This document shows positions 15,525 through 25,428 of a stretch of DNA of 35,987 bases, piece by piece. A program made the translations under genes and the position numbers. The notes beneath the pieces were generated by a model that was given only the letters and a program-made list of their open reading frames with translations, ran no database searches and had not been told where the DNA came from. Source of the DNA: Candidatus Liptonbacteria bacterium (GTDB taxonomy: Bacteria; Patescibacteriota; Minisyncoccia; UBA6257; 2-01-FULL-56-20); contig JACRFR010000023.1 of the NCBI GenBank assembly GCA_016212635.1, positions 1 to 35,987 of the forward strand. The letters are read 5' to 3'. The first letter of the stretch is position 1; every line of letters begins with the position of its first letter.

Positions 15525-17972
15525 ATGATTTCCAAGAAACTAGTAATTCCTCTAGACAAAGTCACCCTACGTGACGTGCCAAGCGTCGGCGGCAAAAATG
15601 CGTCCCTGGGCGAACTGCTGCACGATCTGGCCCCCCAAGGAGTCCGTATTCCCGGCGGTTTTGCGGTTACGGCGGAGGCCTATCGCTTCTTCTTACAAGA
15701 AACTGGCCTGGATAGGACCATCCGCCGCACTCTCAAGGGCCTGAACGTCCACGATCTGGCCGACCTGGCCCGGCGCGGCCTCTCGGTGCGCGAGGCGATC
15801 CGCGGCACGGAATTGCCGAAACCACTGGCCCAAGCGATCCGCAGATCCTACGCACAGATGGAACGGCACTATGGCCGTAAAGTGGACGTGGCGGTGCGCT
15901 CCAGCGCGACGGCGGAAGACCTGCCCGGGGCGAGCTTCGCCGGCGAGCATGAAACCTTCTTAAACATGCGCGGCGCCGAGGAGGTGCTGGCCGCGGTCCG
16001 CGCGGCGATGGCATCTCTCTTTACCAATCGAGCGATCTCCTATCGCGTGGACAAGGGCTTTGACCATTTTAAAGTGGCTCTCTCGGTCGGCGTCCAAAAA
16101 ATGGTTCGGTCGGATCTGGGTTGCTCCGGCGTGATGTTCACCCTGGATACCGAGTCCGGTTTTAAAGACGTGGTTCTGATCAATGGCGCCTGGGGCTTGG
16201 GTGAGTTGATCGTACAGGGGGAGGTTACGCCCGACGAATTTCTGGTTTTTAAACCGACCCTGGCGGACGGTCGGCACGCGCTGATCTCTAAACGCCTGGG
16301 CGTCAAGAATCGCAAGTTTGTGTACAACTCCAATCGCGGCTTGCACAGCATCAAGCTAGCCAAGACCTCGCCGCGGGAGCTGGGCACATTCGTGCTAACC
16401 GAGAATGAAGTGCTGACCCTGGCCCGCTGGGGCGCGGCGATTGAAAAGCACTACAGCGCTCGTGCTAAGCGCTGGACGCCCATGGATATCGAGTGGGCCA
16501 AAGACGGCCGCACCGGGGAACTCTTCATCGTCCAGGCGCGGCCGGAAACGATCCATGCCGGGCGGGACTACGCCAAAGTCCGGCAGTATACGCGCACCCA
16601 AGACGCTCCGGTCCTGGTCCGAGGAGCGGCGGTCGGAAGCGCCATCGCGTCCGGGACCGCGCGGGTAATTTTAGACGCCAAACATATCCGCGAGTTCAAA
16701 CCCGGCGAGGCGCTGGTTACGACCATGACCGATCCGGACTGGGAGCCGATCATGAAGATCGCGGCCGCCATCGTAACCAACAAAGGGGGACGGACCAGTC
16801 ACGCCGCGATCGTCTCGCGCGAGTTGGGCATCCCTTGCGTAGTGGGTACCGAGCGCGCCACCCGCAAAATTAGAACCGGTCAGAAGATAACCGTGGACGC
16901 ATCGGGTAATGAGGGTCTGGTCCTCCAAGGCACGGTGCCGTTTCACATCACCGAGCATGACGTGAAGAAAATGCCCCAGACGCGCACCGAGATCATGGTC
17001 AACGTGGCGATTCCGGATAGCGCCTTCGCCGCTTCTTTCCTGCCGGTTCGGGGGGTAGGGTTGGCCCGGGAGGAGTTCATTATTGCTTCCCAGATCGGCG
17101 TTCACCCGTTGGCCGCGCTCCATTTTAAAAAATTACCGCCTGTTCTGCGCCGCAAGATCCATAAACAAATGGCTGGCTGGACCGACCCGGTAGAGTATTA
17201 TGTGGACAAGCTGGCCTACGGCATCGCCAAGATCGGCGCCGCCTTTTATCCCCGGCCGGTCATCGTACGCTTCTCGGATTTCAAAACTAACGAGTACCGC
17301 ACCTTGCCGGGCGGAGAGCTGTACGAACCCAAGGAAGAGAATCCTATGATCGGCTGGCGGGGCGCGTCCCGTTATTACCATCCCGATTTCGCGCCGGCTT
17401 TCGCCTTGGAGTGCCGGGCGCTCCGAAAAGCCCGCACGGACATGGGGCTGACCAATATTATTCCGATGATACCTTTCTGCCGTACGTCGGAGGAGGGTCG
17501 AAAAGTAGTGGCGCTGATGAAAAAACACGGCCTGGATCGAGCCACGGACAAAACTTTAAAGGTTTATGTGATGTGCGAAATACCCGCGAACGTAATTCTG
17601 GCAGACCAGTTCTTAAATATATTCGATGGCATGTCCATTGGCTCCAATGACCTGACCCAGCTTACGGTGGGCATTGATCGCGATGGTAGCGCCTTGGTGC
17701 GGGGTATCGCCAACGAGAACGACCCTTCGGTCCGGCAATTAATCACAGAGGCGATCCAGCGCTGTCGGGCGCGGCATAAGTACATCGGGATCTGCGGCCA
17801 GGGGCCGTCGGATATGCCGGACTTCGCGCAATTTCTAGTTAAACAGGGGATAGAGAGCATGTCGCTCAATCCGGACTCGGTCGTGCCCACTTTGCTCGCA
17901 GTGGCCAGACTGGAAAAGAAAATAGCGAAGAGCGAAAAGCGAAGAGCGAAAAGCGAAAAGAGAGAGAAATAA
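15525..17972 (+). CDS. ppsA: phosphoenolpyruvate synthase
   Basis: VGGKNASLGE, AVRSSATAEDLP…SFAG, DIEWAKDG, QARPET, GGRTSHAAIVSRELG, EENPMIGWRG, SIGSNDLTQ. Confidence 0.97.
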   Translation: MISKKLVIPLDKVTLRDVPSVGGKNASLGELLHDLAPQGVRIPGGFAVTAEAYRFFLQETGLDRTIRRTLKGLNVHDLADLARRGLSVREAIRGTELPKPLAQAIRRSYAQMERHYGRKVDVAVRSSATAEDLPGASFAGEHETFLNMRGAEEVLAAVRAAMASLFTNRAISYRVDKGFDHFKVALSVGVQKMVRSDLGCSGVMFTLDTESGFKDVVLINGAWGLGELIVQGEVTPDEFLVFKPTLADGRHALISKRLGVKNRKFVYNSNRGLHSIKLAKTSPRELGTFVLTENEVLTLARWGAAIEKHYSARAKRWTPMDIEWAKDGRTGELFIVQARPETIHAGRDYAKVRQYTRTQDAPVLVRGAAVGSAIASGTARVILDAKHIREFKPGEALVTTMTDPDWEPIMKIAAAIVTNKGGRTSHAAIVSRELGIPCVVGTERATRKIRTGQKITVDASGNEGLVLQGTVPFHITEHDVKKMPQTRTEIMVNVAIPDSAFAASFLPVRGVGLAREEFIIASQIGVHPLAALHFKKLPPVLRRKIHKQMAGWTDPVEYYVDKLAYGIAKIGAAFYPRPVIVRFSDFKTNEYRTLPGGELYEPKEENPMIGWRGASRYYHPDFAPAFALECRALRKARTDMGLTNIIPMIPFCRTSEEGRKVVALMKKHGLDRATDKTLKVYVMCEIPANVILADQFLNIFDGMSIGSNDLTQLTVGIDRDGSALVRGIANENDPSVRQLITEAIQRCRARHKYIGICGQGPSDMPDFAQFLVKQGIESMSLNPDSVVPTLLAVARLEKKIAKSEKRRAKSEKREK
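17924..17958 (+). repeat. AGCGAAR heptamer x5 forming the ppsA C-terminal tail
   Basis: AGCGAAG AGCGAAA AGCGAAG AGCGAAA AGCGAAA. Confidence 0.8.
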
Positions 17973-18051
17973 TATCATCTCATTCGTATATTCGTATCAA
18001 TTCGTCCACCTTCGTTAAAACTTCGGCGGATAAATATTTCGTAGCTAAATT

Positions 18052-19062
18052 ATGAAGATTGCTTTTTTCGAACTGGAGGGCTGGGAAAAAGAACAGATCC
18101 TGGGGAGCTTCCCGCTGGGCAGTGCGGAGCTGCTCGCGGCCAAGCTGGACGAGCACACCCTGCCGGATCGCACCGACTTTGAAGTTATTTCGGTCTTTGT
18201 CGGTTCCCGAGTGAACGCGGCGGTGCTGGACCACCTTCCTAATCTCAAGCTGATTACCACTCGCTCCACCGGCTACGACCACATTGATTTGCCTGCTTGC
18301 CGGGCCCGGAATGTGGCCGTGGCGTACGTGCCCGGCTACGGAGATAATACGGTGGCGGAGTTCGCGTTTGGACTGCTCTTGGCCGTGATGCGCAAGATCT
18401 ACCAGGGTATCGATCGGGTCAAGGAACACGGCTCTTTCGATCTCGCGGGACTGCGCGGTTGCGACTTGAAGGGTAAGACTTTAGGCGTGATCGGTACCGG
18501 CCGCATCGGCAAGGAAGTTGTTCGGATCGGTTTGGGTTTCGGCATGCAGGTCGCCGCCTTCGACCTTTTCCCGGATGTAGCCTTTGCCGCGCAAGCGGGC
18601 ATCCGTTACATGTCTTTGGATGAACTGCTGGCCAGCTCCGACGCGATCACTGTCCACTGCCCCCTGACCGATCAAACTCGGCACCTTTTGAACAGCCAGC
18701 GCCTAGAACACGTCAAGCGCGGGGCGTTTCTGATCAACACCGCGCGGGGCGGCATTATCGAGACGGAGGCGCTGGTTCAAGCTCTGCAAAACGGCACTAT
18801 CGCCGGTGCGGGCCTGGACGTGATCGAGGAGGAAGGAGAAACTAAGGACGAGTTGAACTTTCTGACCCAGGCCCATCCGCGCGCCGAAGAACTGCGCACC
18901 CTGGTGGAGAATCACATCTTAATGCGCATGCCGAACGTCTTGGTCACGCCCCACATGGCGTTTAATTCCCAGGAAGCGCTGGGCCGAATTTTGAAGACCA
19001 CGATTGACAGTGTCCAAAGTTTTTTGGAAGGCAAACCGGCCAATCTGGTGCCGGAGGGTTAG
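18052..19062 (+). CDS. D-isomer-specific 2-hydroxyacid dehydrogenase (D-lactate dehydrogenase-like)
   Basis: TRSTGYDHID, VPGYGDNTVAE, GTGRIG, INTARG, GLDVIEEE, TPHMAF. Confidence 0.93.
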   Translation: MKIAFFELEGWEKEQILGSFPLGSAELLAAKLDEHTLPDRTDFEVISVFVGSRVNAAVLDHLPNLKLITTRSTGYDHIDLPACRARNVAVAYVPGYGDNTVAEFAFGLLLAVMRKIYQGIDRVKEHGSFDLAGLRGCDLKGKTLGVIGTGRIGKEVVRIGLGFGMQVAAFDLFPDVAFAAQAGIRYMSLDELLASSDAITVHCPLTDQTRHLLNSQRLEHVKRGAFLINTARGGIIETEALVQALQNGTIAGAGLDVIEEEGETKDELNFLTQAHPRAEELRTLVENHILMRMPNVLVTPHMAFNSQEALGRILKTTIDSVQSFLEGKPANLVPEG

Positions 19063-19176
19063 GGTTTTGAAGTATAAAAAGTCAGTTAATATCAGGTCCG
19101 TGCCTGGGGATTGGTGTTGTCCGGGCTTGGGTATATACTGTCTGTCCGGCGGGGTTCCGGCCGGAGCCGAAAATCC

Positions 19177-19211
19177 CGTCAACAGTCAGTAGTCAAAGGT
19201 CAATAGTTATT
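19177..19211 (+). repeat. heptamer array (NGTCAAN orientation) upstream of glutaredoxin
   Basis: CGTCAAC AGTCAGT AGTCAAA GGTCAAT AGTTATT. Confidence 0.7.
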
Positions 19212-19230
19212 AAAATAATTACTAAAATTC

Positions 19231-19467
19231 ATGCCCAACATTACAATTTATTCCACGCCCTCGTGTGTCTACTGTAAAATGGCCAAGGCTTTCTTCCAGA
19301 AAAACCAGGTTACCTATACCGAAAAAGATGTGGCCGTCGACACTGTCGCCCGGGACGACATGGTTCAGAAGTCGGGGCAGCTTGGGGTGCCGGTAATCGA
19401 CATTGACGGTACCATCGTGGTCGGCTTCGATCAGCCCCGCCTCCGCGAACTGTTAAAGTTAAAATAG
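19231..19467 (+). CDS. glutaredoxin-like protein (NrdH/YruB-type)
   Basis: YSTPSCVYC, SGQLGVPVI, VVGFD. Confidence 0.93.
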   Translation: MPNITIYSTPSCVYCKMAKAFFQKNQVTYTEKDVAVDTVARDDMVQKSGQLGVPVIDIDGTIVVGFDQPRLRELLKLK

Positions 19468-19469
19468 TA

Positions 19470-19539
19470 TTGACCATCGACCATTGACGCTTGACCATTG
19501 ACGCTTGACTCTTGACTCCTGACTTCTGACCCCTGACAC
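19470..19539 (+). repeat. heptamer array x10 (TTGACNN orientation) downstream of glutaredoxin
   Basis: TTGACCA TCGACCA TTGACGC TTGACCA TTGACGC TTGACTC TTGACTC CTGACTT CTGACCC CTGACAC. Confidence 0.85.
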
Positions 19540-19546
19540 TCGATCC

Positions 19547-20785
19547 ATGACCCGGATACTTATCCTGGGCGGCGGCTTCGGCGGCACTTATCTGCTGCGC
19601 TCGCTTCGCCGTAAAATCGCACCCTCGCAGATTACTTTAGTAACTCGGGACGACTACTTTACGTTCACCCCTTTGCTCCACGAGGTTGCGACCGGCGGCT
19701 TGGCCCCCGCCACCATCACCGAACCGCTCCGCGATCTGAACGAAGATAACCGAGTGGGCCTGGCCCGAGCGGAAATTCGACGGATACGTCTCCAGGATCG
19801 CGTGGTCGAAACCGATCAAGGAGAAATCTCCTACGATTGCTTGGCGGTCGCGCTGGGTTCGGAATCGGAGGATCATGGCACGCCCGGAGTTGCCGAGCAC
19901 GCTCTGATCTTGAAGTCCTTGTCCGATGCAGTCCGGATCAAGAACCATGTTTTAAATCAGGTTCAAGCGGCGGCTCGCGCCACGAATCCGGTCGAGCAAC
20001 AAAGGCTCGCGCGGGTGGTGGTGGTCGGCGGCGGCGCGACCGGAATAGAGTTGGCTGCGGAGCTCGCGGATCTCTACCGGCACACTTTGCGCGGCCTCTA
20101 TCCCGAGCTTTTTCGAGATACTAGATTCGGTCCCGAGTTGGTTCTGCTGGCCAAGGCCGATGAACTTTTGTCTTATCTACCCCCATACTTCCGTACGCGC
20201 AGTCATACCGCGCTCACGCGGATGGGAGTCGTTGTACGCTTGGGCGTCACGGTTACGGCAGTCGGTACGCAGGGGGTCCGGCTCATGGGTGGCGAGGAAA
20301 TAGCTAGCGGCACGGTCTTATGGGCGGCGGGAGTGAGGCCTAGCCGGGTAGAGTTTCAGCCGGCGGTGCCGCGGTCCGCTCGCGGGCGAGTAATCGTTTC
20401 CCCGAATCTAAATTTAGCGGAGTTTCCGGAAGTATTCGTTCTGGGCGACATGGGGACCCCGGCTGGTCTCCCCGTGCCGGAGTTGGCCCAGGCGGCGACC
20501 AAAGAGGCGGAAGTGGTTGCGGGGAATATTCTCCGTCACCTGGCCCGGCGGCCGCTCCGGCCATTTCGCTATCGTTCTTCGGGCAGTCTGCTGTCCTTGG
20601 GTCGCTGGCAGGCGATCGCGCAGATCGGCCCGGTACATTTAAGGGGACCGTTTGCCTGGTGGTTGTGGCGGACGATCTATTTGAGTAAACTATTGACCGG
20701 GCGCAAGCGCTTGGCGGTCGCGCTGGAATGGACGGTCAATCTTTTCCGTCCTCGCGATACCCGCATAGTGAACGACAATCATTAA
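19547..20785 (+). CDS. ndh: type II NADH dehydrogenase family FAD oxidoreductase
   Basis: GGGFGG, FTPLLHEVATG, VVVGGGATGIELAAEL, WAAGV, VFVLGD, AQAA, WWLWRTIYL. Confidence 0.9.
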   Translation: MTRILILGGGFGGTYLLRSLRRKIAPSQITLVTRDDYFTFTPLLHEVATGGLAPATITEPLRDLNEDNRVGLARAEIRRIRLQDRVVETDQGEISYDCLAVALGSESEDHGTPGVAEHALILKSLSDAVRIKNHVLNQVQAAARATNPVEQQRLARVVVVGGGATGIELAAELADLYRHTLRGLYPELFRDTRFGPELVLLAKADELLSYLPPYFRTRSHTALTRMGVVVRLGVTVTAVGTQGVRLMGGEEIASGTVLWAAGVRPSRVEFQPAVPRSARGRVIVSPNLNLAEFPEVFVLGDMGTPAGLPVPELAQAATKEAEVVAGNILRHLARRPLRPFRYRSSGSLLSLGRWQAIAQIGPVHLRGPFAWWLWRTIYLSKLLTGRKRLAVALEWTVNLFRPRDTRIVNDNH

Positions 20786-20833
20786 TCATTAATCATTAAT
20801 CATCCGTCATCCATCATTAATCATTAATCATTA
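20778..20833 (+). repeat. ATCATTA heptamer array x8
   Basis: ATCATTA x3, ATCATCC, GTCATCC, ATCATTA x3. Confidence 0.85.
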
Positions 20834-20841
20834 CTAATCCC

Positions 20842-22005
20842 ATGCCTCCCGAAATTATCCCGGATCAATTTGGTCCCGAGTACGTTATTCAAGTATCCGA
20901 TTCCTCGGTGGGTATGAAAGGCTTTTTGGTGATCGACAACACCGCGCGCGGCCCGGGCAAGGGCGGTCTGCGCATGACGCCGAACGTCACTGCCGAGGAG
21001 GTCTTCCGCTTGGCGCGGGCCATGACCTGGAAAAATGCGCTGGCGGATATTCCTTTTGGCGGCGCCAAGTCCGGCATTGTATGGGAAGCGAGGAGCGAAG
21101 AGGGAAGAGCGAAGAGTGAAGAACGAAAAAGGAGCTACGTCCAAAGTTTTGCCCGGGCGCTCAAACCACTACTGATTAAAAAATATATCGCCGGTCCGGA
21201 TGTGAGTTCCGGCGAAAGAGAAATGCAGTGGTTCGTGGAGGCGGTGGGGAATTGGCGGGCCGCGACCGGCAAGCCGGCCAACTACTGCATGAGCGTTTTT
21301 GGCAAGGAGGGGGAGCGCTGCGGCATTCCCCACGAGTTCGGCTCGACCGGTTTCGGCGTGGTCAAGTCCGCCGCGGTGGCGGCCGAGATCGCGGGGATTA
21401 ATTTGAAAGGCGCGAGGGTGGCCATCCACGGTTTCGGCAATGTGGGCACTTTCGCCTACCAGTACTTGACCGAGATGGGCGCCACGGTGGTGGCGCTGGC
21501 TGACCGGCTGGGAGCGGTTTACTCGTCGCGCGGTTTTGAGAAGCGGGCGATAGCCGATGCCATCCAAAACAAGAAAGAACTAACAAAAGTTTTTCCCAAG
21601 AATAAAATACCGTCGGAGGATTTCTGGTCCTTGCCGGTGGATATTCTGATCCCGGCTTCGGTGACTGATGTTATTCATGAAAAAAATTATCGCGGCATCC
21701 AGGCGCGCCTGATCGTAGAAGGCGGCAATATTCCCATGCGGGAAGAGATCGAAGAAAAGCTTTTCGCCAAAGGCGTTGTGATCGTGCCGGACTTTGTGGC
21801 CAATGCCGGCGGGGTGATCTCCTCCTATGCGGAGTACCGCGGCTATAACCCCAAGCGCATGTTCGAGCTGGTGGAGCGGAAAATCACCAAGACTACCCGC
21901 CGGGTCCTGGAATTAAGCGCCAAGCGGAAAATAAGCCCCCGGCGAGTAGCGCTAGAATTGGCCCAAAAACTGGTTCGGGAACGAATGGCTAAGCGGCGCA
22001 GCTAG
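20842..22005 (+). CDS. Glu/Leu/Phe/Val dehydrogenase
   Basis: GPGKGGLR, MTWKNA, GGAKSG, GPDV, STGFGV, HGFGNVG, EGGN, PDFVANAGGVISS. Confidence 0.93.
   Translation: MPPEIIPDQFGPEYVIQVSDSSVGMKGFLVIDNTARGPGKGGLRMTPNVTAEEVFRLARAMTWKNALADIPFGGAKSGIVWEARSEEGRAKSEERKRSYVQSFARALKPLLIKKYIAGPDVSSGEREMQWFVEAVGNWRAATGKPANYCMSVFGKEGERCGIPHEFGSTGFGVVKSAAVAAEIAGINLKGARVAIHGFGNVGTFAYQYLTEMGATVVALADRLGAVYSSRGFEKRAIADAIQNKKELTKVFPKNKIPSEDFWSLPVDILIPASVTDVIHEKNYRGIQARLIVEGGNIPMREEIEEKLFAKGVVIVPDFVANAGGVISSYAEYRGYNPKRMFELVERKITKTTRRVLELSAKRKISPRRVALELAQKLVRERMAKRRS
21087..21128 (+). repeat. AGCGAAG-like heptamer x6, in-frame in the dehydrogenase
   Basis: AGCGAGG AGCGAAG AGGGAAG AGCGAAG AGTGAAG AACGAAA (42 nt). 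Confidence 0.75.
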
Positions 22006-22105
22006 CGTTTTAATTTACACCGGAAGAATCGTATCCAAACCCCGCATCTCATCCTTGCCAACTTATGGGTAGCGGCTGCTTAGGGCGGGGATAGCAAAAT
22101 ATAAA

Positions 22106-22145
22106 ATCTGCTAGTTTGACAACGATCGTTGTCAAACTAGCAGAT
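22106..22145. repeat. perfect 40-bp palindrome
   Basis: ATCTGCTAGTTTGACAACGA|TCGTTGTCAAACTAGCAGAT. Confidence 0.95.
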
Positions 22146-22253
22146 AAGATAACCACACTCCAACCACACTCCAAAATTGACTTAACTGTCAAGTTGTTTT
22201 AGTTTTTAGCGAGCGTCTAGAAAATTTAAAATGACGCAAAAAGGAGGCCCAAA

Positions 22254-23825
22254 ATGGGCGCAGCGATTGAGTCGCAGTATGCTCTCGCGTACGCCCGCAA
22301 GCTCGGGGCGTCCTACGCGGATCTGCGCGTTACCCGCCGCCGAGCGGAGCGCGCAGAGCTAACCGATGGAGTTTCACCCGGGCTGTCCGGTAGCAATACG
22401 GCCGGCCTGGGCATCAGAGTCCTTGTGAGTGGCGCCCGGGGTTTTTCGAGCATTCAGCTCGACGGGACTCCGGGCCGCGCCAGCTTACGTGAACTGGTTC
22501 GGGAAGCGGTGGAGTTGGCGAAAGTCAGCGCCAAATTTCGCGCTTCGCGAATCCGGCTCGCGCCGCTTCGCGGATTTAGTCCTGGGAAGGTTGACTGTCG
22601 CAGTAGCGCGACTACGCCTTATCACGGACTAGCCCCCAGAGAGAGAATGCGTGTCCTGCGCGAGTGGGACAACGCCCTCCACGGCCGCATGGTGGCCCAG
22701 CGAACCGTCGCGATTGAAACCGACCAGTGCGACTACTACTTCGCGCAGGTCGAGCGCGGCGAGTTCCGCGAGATCCACCAGAACCGGCGAGGGTGCGAGC
22801 TGGATATTTCCGTAACCGCGATCGGTCACGGGGAAGTCCAGACCCGCTCGCGGCTTTTCGCTGGAACTGTCGGCTACTCTTTCCCGCTGACCGAAGCCGT
22901 GGAGAAAGAGTGCCGCCGGCTGCGCGTGGAAGCGACCCGCCTACTCCGCGCACCGGAGTGCCGCGAGAACAGGTGCGATCTGATCATCCTGCCGGATCAG
23001 TTTGCACTTCACGCGCACGAACTGGTCCATGGTATGGAAGGCGACCGGATTGGCGACTGGAAAGACAACCGGATTGGTGAATGGACCGAGGGTCTGGACT
23101 ATGAGGCTACCTACATGGGTGGCGCCATCATGTCTGATCCGAGGTTTCTTGCCGGTCAGGGTGAGTTCCGTCTGGCGAACAAGTGTGTCACGCTTCTCGC
23201 GGACGCGACTTTGCCTGGTGGATACGGGACGTTCAACTTTGACGACGATGGCGTGCCCGCCGCCAACTTTCCGCTTCTCGAGCAGGGAGTGTTCCAAAAC
23301 TTCTTGCACTCGCGGGAAACGGCGGGCATGCTCGCCCGGGCGACCAAGAATCACGAACTCCGCCGGAGCCCCGGTATTGGCTGCTCGCGCGCGTCCGACT
23401 ACAGTCGGATGCCGCTTGTTCGGATGACCAACACCGTGTTGGTTCCGGGCGAGGCAACACTCAAAGCGCTGGTTGCCGGCGTCGATCGCGGGCTGATAAT
23501 CGCTACGCCTTACTCGTGGTCAATGTATCCCTTTCGTCGGGGATTTATATTTGGCTGCGAGATCGGATGGCTGATCAAGGGCGGGAAGATCGTGGGCATG
23601 GTCCGAAACCCGGCCTACCGCGGCGGCACCGTCAAGTTCTGGAGCTCCATCCGGGCGGTTGGCTGCGAGTCCGAGATTCACAACCAACCCAACTGTGGGA
23701 AGGGCCAGCCGGGACAGGCCATCGGCACCGGGCACCAGACGCCGCCGGTCCTCGTGGAGGGCGTCCAGGTGTTCAGTCGCCGGAAGTTTCGGGGAGGGAA
23801 GAAAGGAGGCAAAAAATGCTCTTAG
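22254..23825 (+). CDS. tldD: TldD/PmbA family metalloprotease, catalytic subunit
   Basis: YADLR, GLGIRVL, HELVHGMEGD (HExxH), FDDDGVP, RMTNT, CGKGQPGQ; AGGAGG SD. Confidence 0.88.
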   Translation: MGAAIESQYALAYARKLGASYADLRVTRRRAERAELTDGVSPGLSGSNTAGLGIRVLVSGARGFSSIQLDGTPGRASLRELVREAVELAKVSAKFRASRIRLAPLRGFSPGKVDCRSSATTPYHGLAPRERMRVLREWDNALHGRMVAQRTVAIETDQCDYYFAQVERGEFREIHQNRRGCELDISVTAIGHGEVQTRSRLFAGTVGYSFPLTEAVEKECRRLRVEATRLLRAPECRENRCDLIILPDQFALHAHELVHGMEGDRIGDWKDNRIGEWTEGLDYEATYMGGAIMSDPRFLAGQGEFRLANKCVTLLADATLPGGYGTFNFDDDGVPAANFPLLEQGVFQNFLHSRETAGMLARATKNHELRRSPGIGCSRASDYSRMPLVRMTNTVLVPGEATLKALVAGVDRGLIIATPYSWSMYPFRRGFIFGCEIGWLIKGGKIVGMVRNPAYRGGTVKFWSSIRAVGCESEIHNQPNCGKGQPGQAIGTGHQTPPVLVEGVQVFSRRKFRGGKKGGKKCS

Positions 23826-25222
23826 GGCATGAGTATGTTTCCGAATTTCTCCTGCGGGCGATCCGGCTCGCCGCGCGCCACGGCTTCGAGGCCGAGGCGT
23901 ACTACTACGGAGAAGTGCTTCGGGGTATGCGGTCCGCCCGCCAAGGCATCCATCAGACGCCAACCGCACGGGAGGGAGAGCTTGTTCTTCGATTGCGAAA
24001 AACAACACGCGGTAAAACGCGCGCAGTTGAAGTCGTGGTTTCCTCACCGGCGGACATCGGCACGGCCGTGCGACAGGGCAAGGAGCTCATCGCCTCCGCC
24101 CGGCCCAACCCGTTACTCTACCAGCTCGAGCCGCAACCCGCGGACTTACCGGAAGAGCGCCTACGCCTTCAGGTTGTCCCTAAGCAGTTTTGGGATGATC
24201 TGCCGACAAAGAGCGCCGCCTTCCGGACAATCCGTAAGGATGCTGTGGAAACTCCGGGTTGGTACGGAGCCGGGTACTTTCTAACGGCGGCGCACGAGAT
24301 CGGAGCTGCGAATAGCTCTGGGCTTCTGCGCTACGCCGCCGGGTGCTACTCCGGGTTCACGGTAGTGGCGACCGGCGGCAAGCGTCAGCGCCAGCTCACT
24401 ACCTACGCCGAGGACTTCGCGAAACTGCCGCAAGAAATCGACTACCGTCGGGTAGTTGCGGAAGCTTTCGTGAGAGCTCGCCTAACCGACGGGTTGCCCT
24501 TCCTCGAGCCCCTGAATGGACGGTCGCGGATTCAGATGGACGCGGTTCTTTCACCGAACTGCGTTAACGACTGGATCAAAGACCTTACCCCCACTTTCTG
24601 CGGCTACGCCGTGCATAACGGCGAGTCGTATGTAAGTGACCGGGTTCGGGGCAAGTCGCGGATCGCCAGCTCCTGCGTGACCCTGCGGGACGACTGGCAG
24701 GATCCGCGCGGTCTCGCGGTACCGTTCGACTTGGAGGGTCGGACCCGGCAACAAGTTATCCTGATCGACCACGGGGTCTACGCCGGCCACTGTCACGACG
24801 GAATGTCGGCGATTGTGGCAGGCGAGGCGCCCACCGGTCACTCCGGGTTTGAGCTCGGGACCGGTACTCCCGACCTCCTGGTTCTCGGCGGTGAGGACCA
24901 CTCCATGGAAGACCTCGTCGTTTCCTGTGATCGGCCAGCGCTCATTCTAACCTGGCCCCACTATTCCTCTGATATGTATGAGAAAGAGGGAATGTGGACC
25001 GTCACCGGCCACCACGGCGTCTTCCTCGCCAAGGGCGGTCGCATCGTTGCGGTTTGCCCCCCGACCAGAATCCGGCTCCGGACCTTCGACGCGCTCCGGC
25101 GCGTTGAGATGCTATCCGCGAGCCAGCCGGTTTTCGACGTCGAGCGGTATCCGCTCACCCTGCCGTCGAGTGCGGTGGTGCCGGGGATCAAACTCCGAAA
25201 CGTCGAGTTTCTCAACTTCTAA
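23816..25222 (+). CDS. TldE/PmbA-like non-catalytic partner
   Basis: ATG 23816 after AGGAGG, overlapping the tldD end; ANSSG, PFDLEG, PTGH; no HExxH. Confidence 0.8.
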   Translation: MLLGHEYVSEFLLRAIRLAARHGFEAEAYYYGEVLRGMRSARQGIHQTPTAREGELVLRLRKTTRGKTRAVEVVVSSPADIGTAVRQGKELIASARPNPLLYQLEPQPADLPEERLRLQVVPKQFWDDLPTKSAAFRTIRKDAVETPGWYGAGYFLTAAHEIGAANSSGLLRYAAGCYSGFTVVATGGKRQRQLTTYAEDFAKLPQEIDYRRVVAEAFVRARLTDGLPFLEPLNGRSRIQMDAVLSPNCVNDWIKDLTPTFCGYAVHNGESYVSDRVRGKSRIASSCVTLRDDWQDPRGLAVPFDLEGRTRQQVILIDHGVYAGHCHDGMSAIVAGEAPTGHSGFELGTGTPDLLVLGGEDHSMEDLVVSCDRPALILTWPHYSSDMYEKEGMWTVTGHHGVFLAKGGRIVAVCPPTRIRLRTFDALRRVEMLSASQPVFDVERYPLTLPSSAVVPGIKLRNVEFLNF

Positions 25223-25224
25223 CC

Positions 25225-25263
25225 CAGGCCCTCCGATTCATTTCGGAGGGCCTGCACTTTTTT
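25225..25263 (+). terminator. intrinsic terminator of tldD/E
   Basis: CAGGCCCTCCGA-ttcatt-TCGGAGGGCCTG followed by CACTTTTTT. Confidence 0.8.
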
Positions 25264-25272
25264 AATACCAAC

Positions 25273-25376
25273 AGGACTTACGCGTTTGACTATCTTATTC
25301 CTCCTTCCTTCCGCCGGAGGCCGATCCTCCTCTGGAGGAAGAAAAGGGAGAATTAACGCCCAAATGCGTAAGTCCT
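25273..25376. mobile_element. 104-bp MITE-like element with 16-bp TIRs and AAC direct flanks
   Basis: AGGACTTACGCGTTTG…CAAATGCGTAAGTCCT (15/16); AAC at 25270-25272 and 25377-25379. Confidence 0.75.
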
Positions 25377-25428
25377 AACCAAGCCAAACAACTACCCGCC
25401 GAGGGTTGGGGTCACAGAGACTGATCGG

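Noticed and set aside
19470-19539. Cluster of sigma70 -35 boxes
   Set aside because: TTGAC recurs at a strict 7-nt period as part of the heptamer family, with no matching -10 boxes.
23516-23815. Long N-terminal extension of the 568-aa ORF
   Set aside because: It overlaps tldD; the true start is ATG 23816 with an AGGAGG SD.
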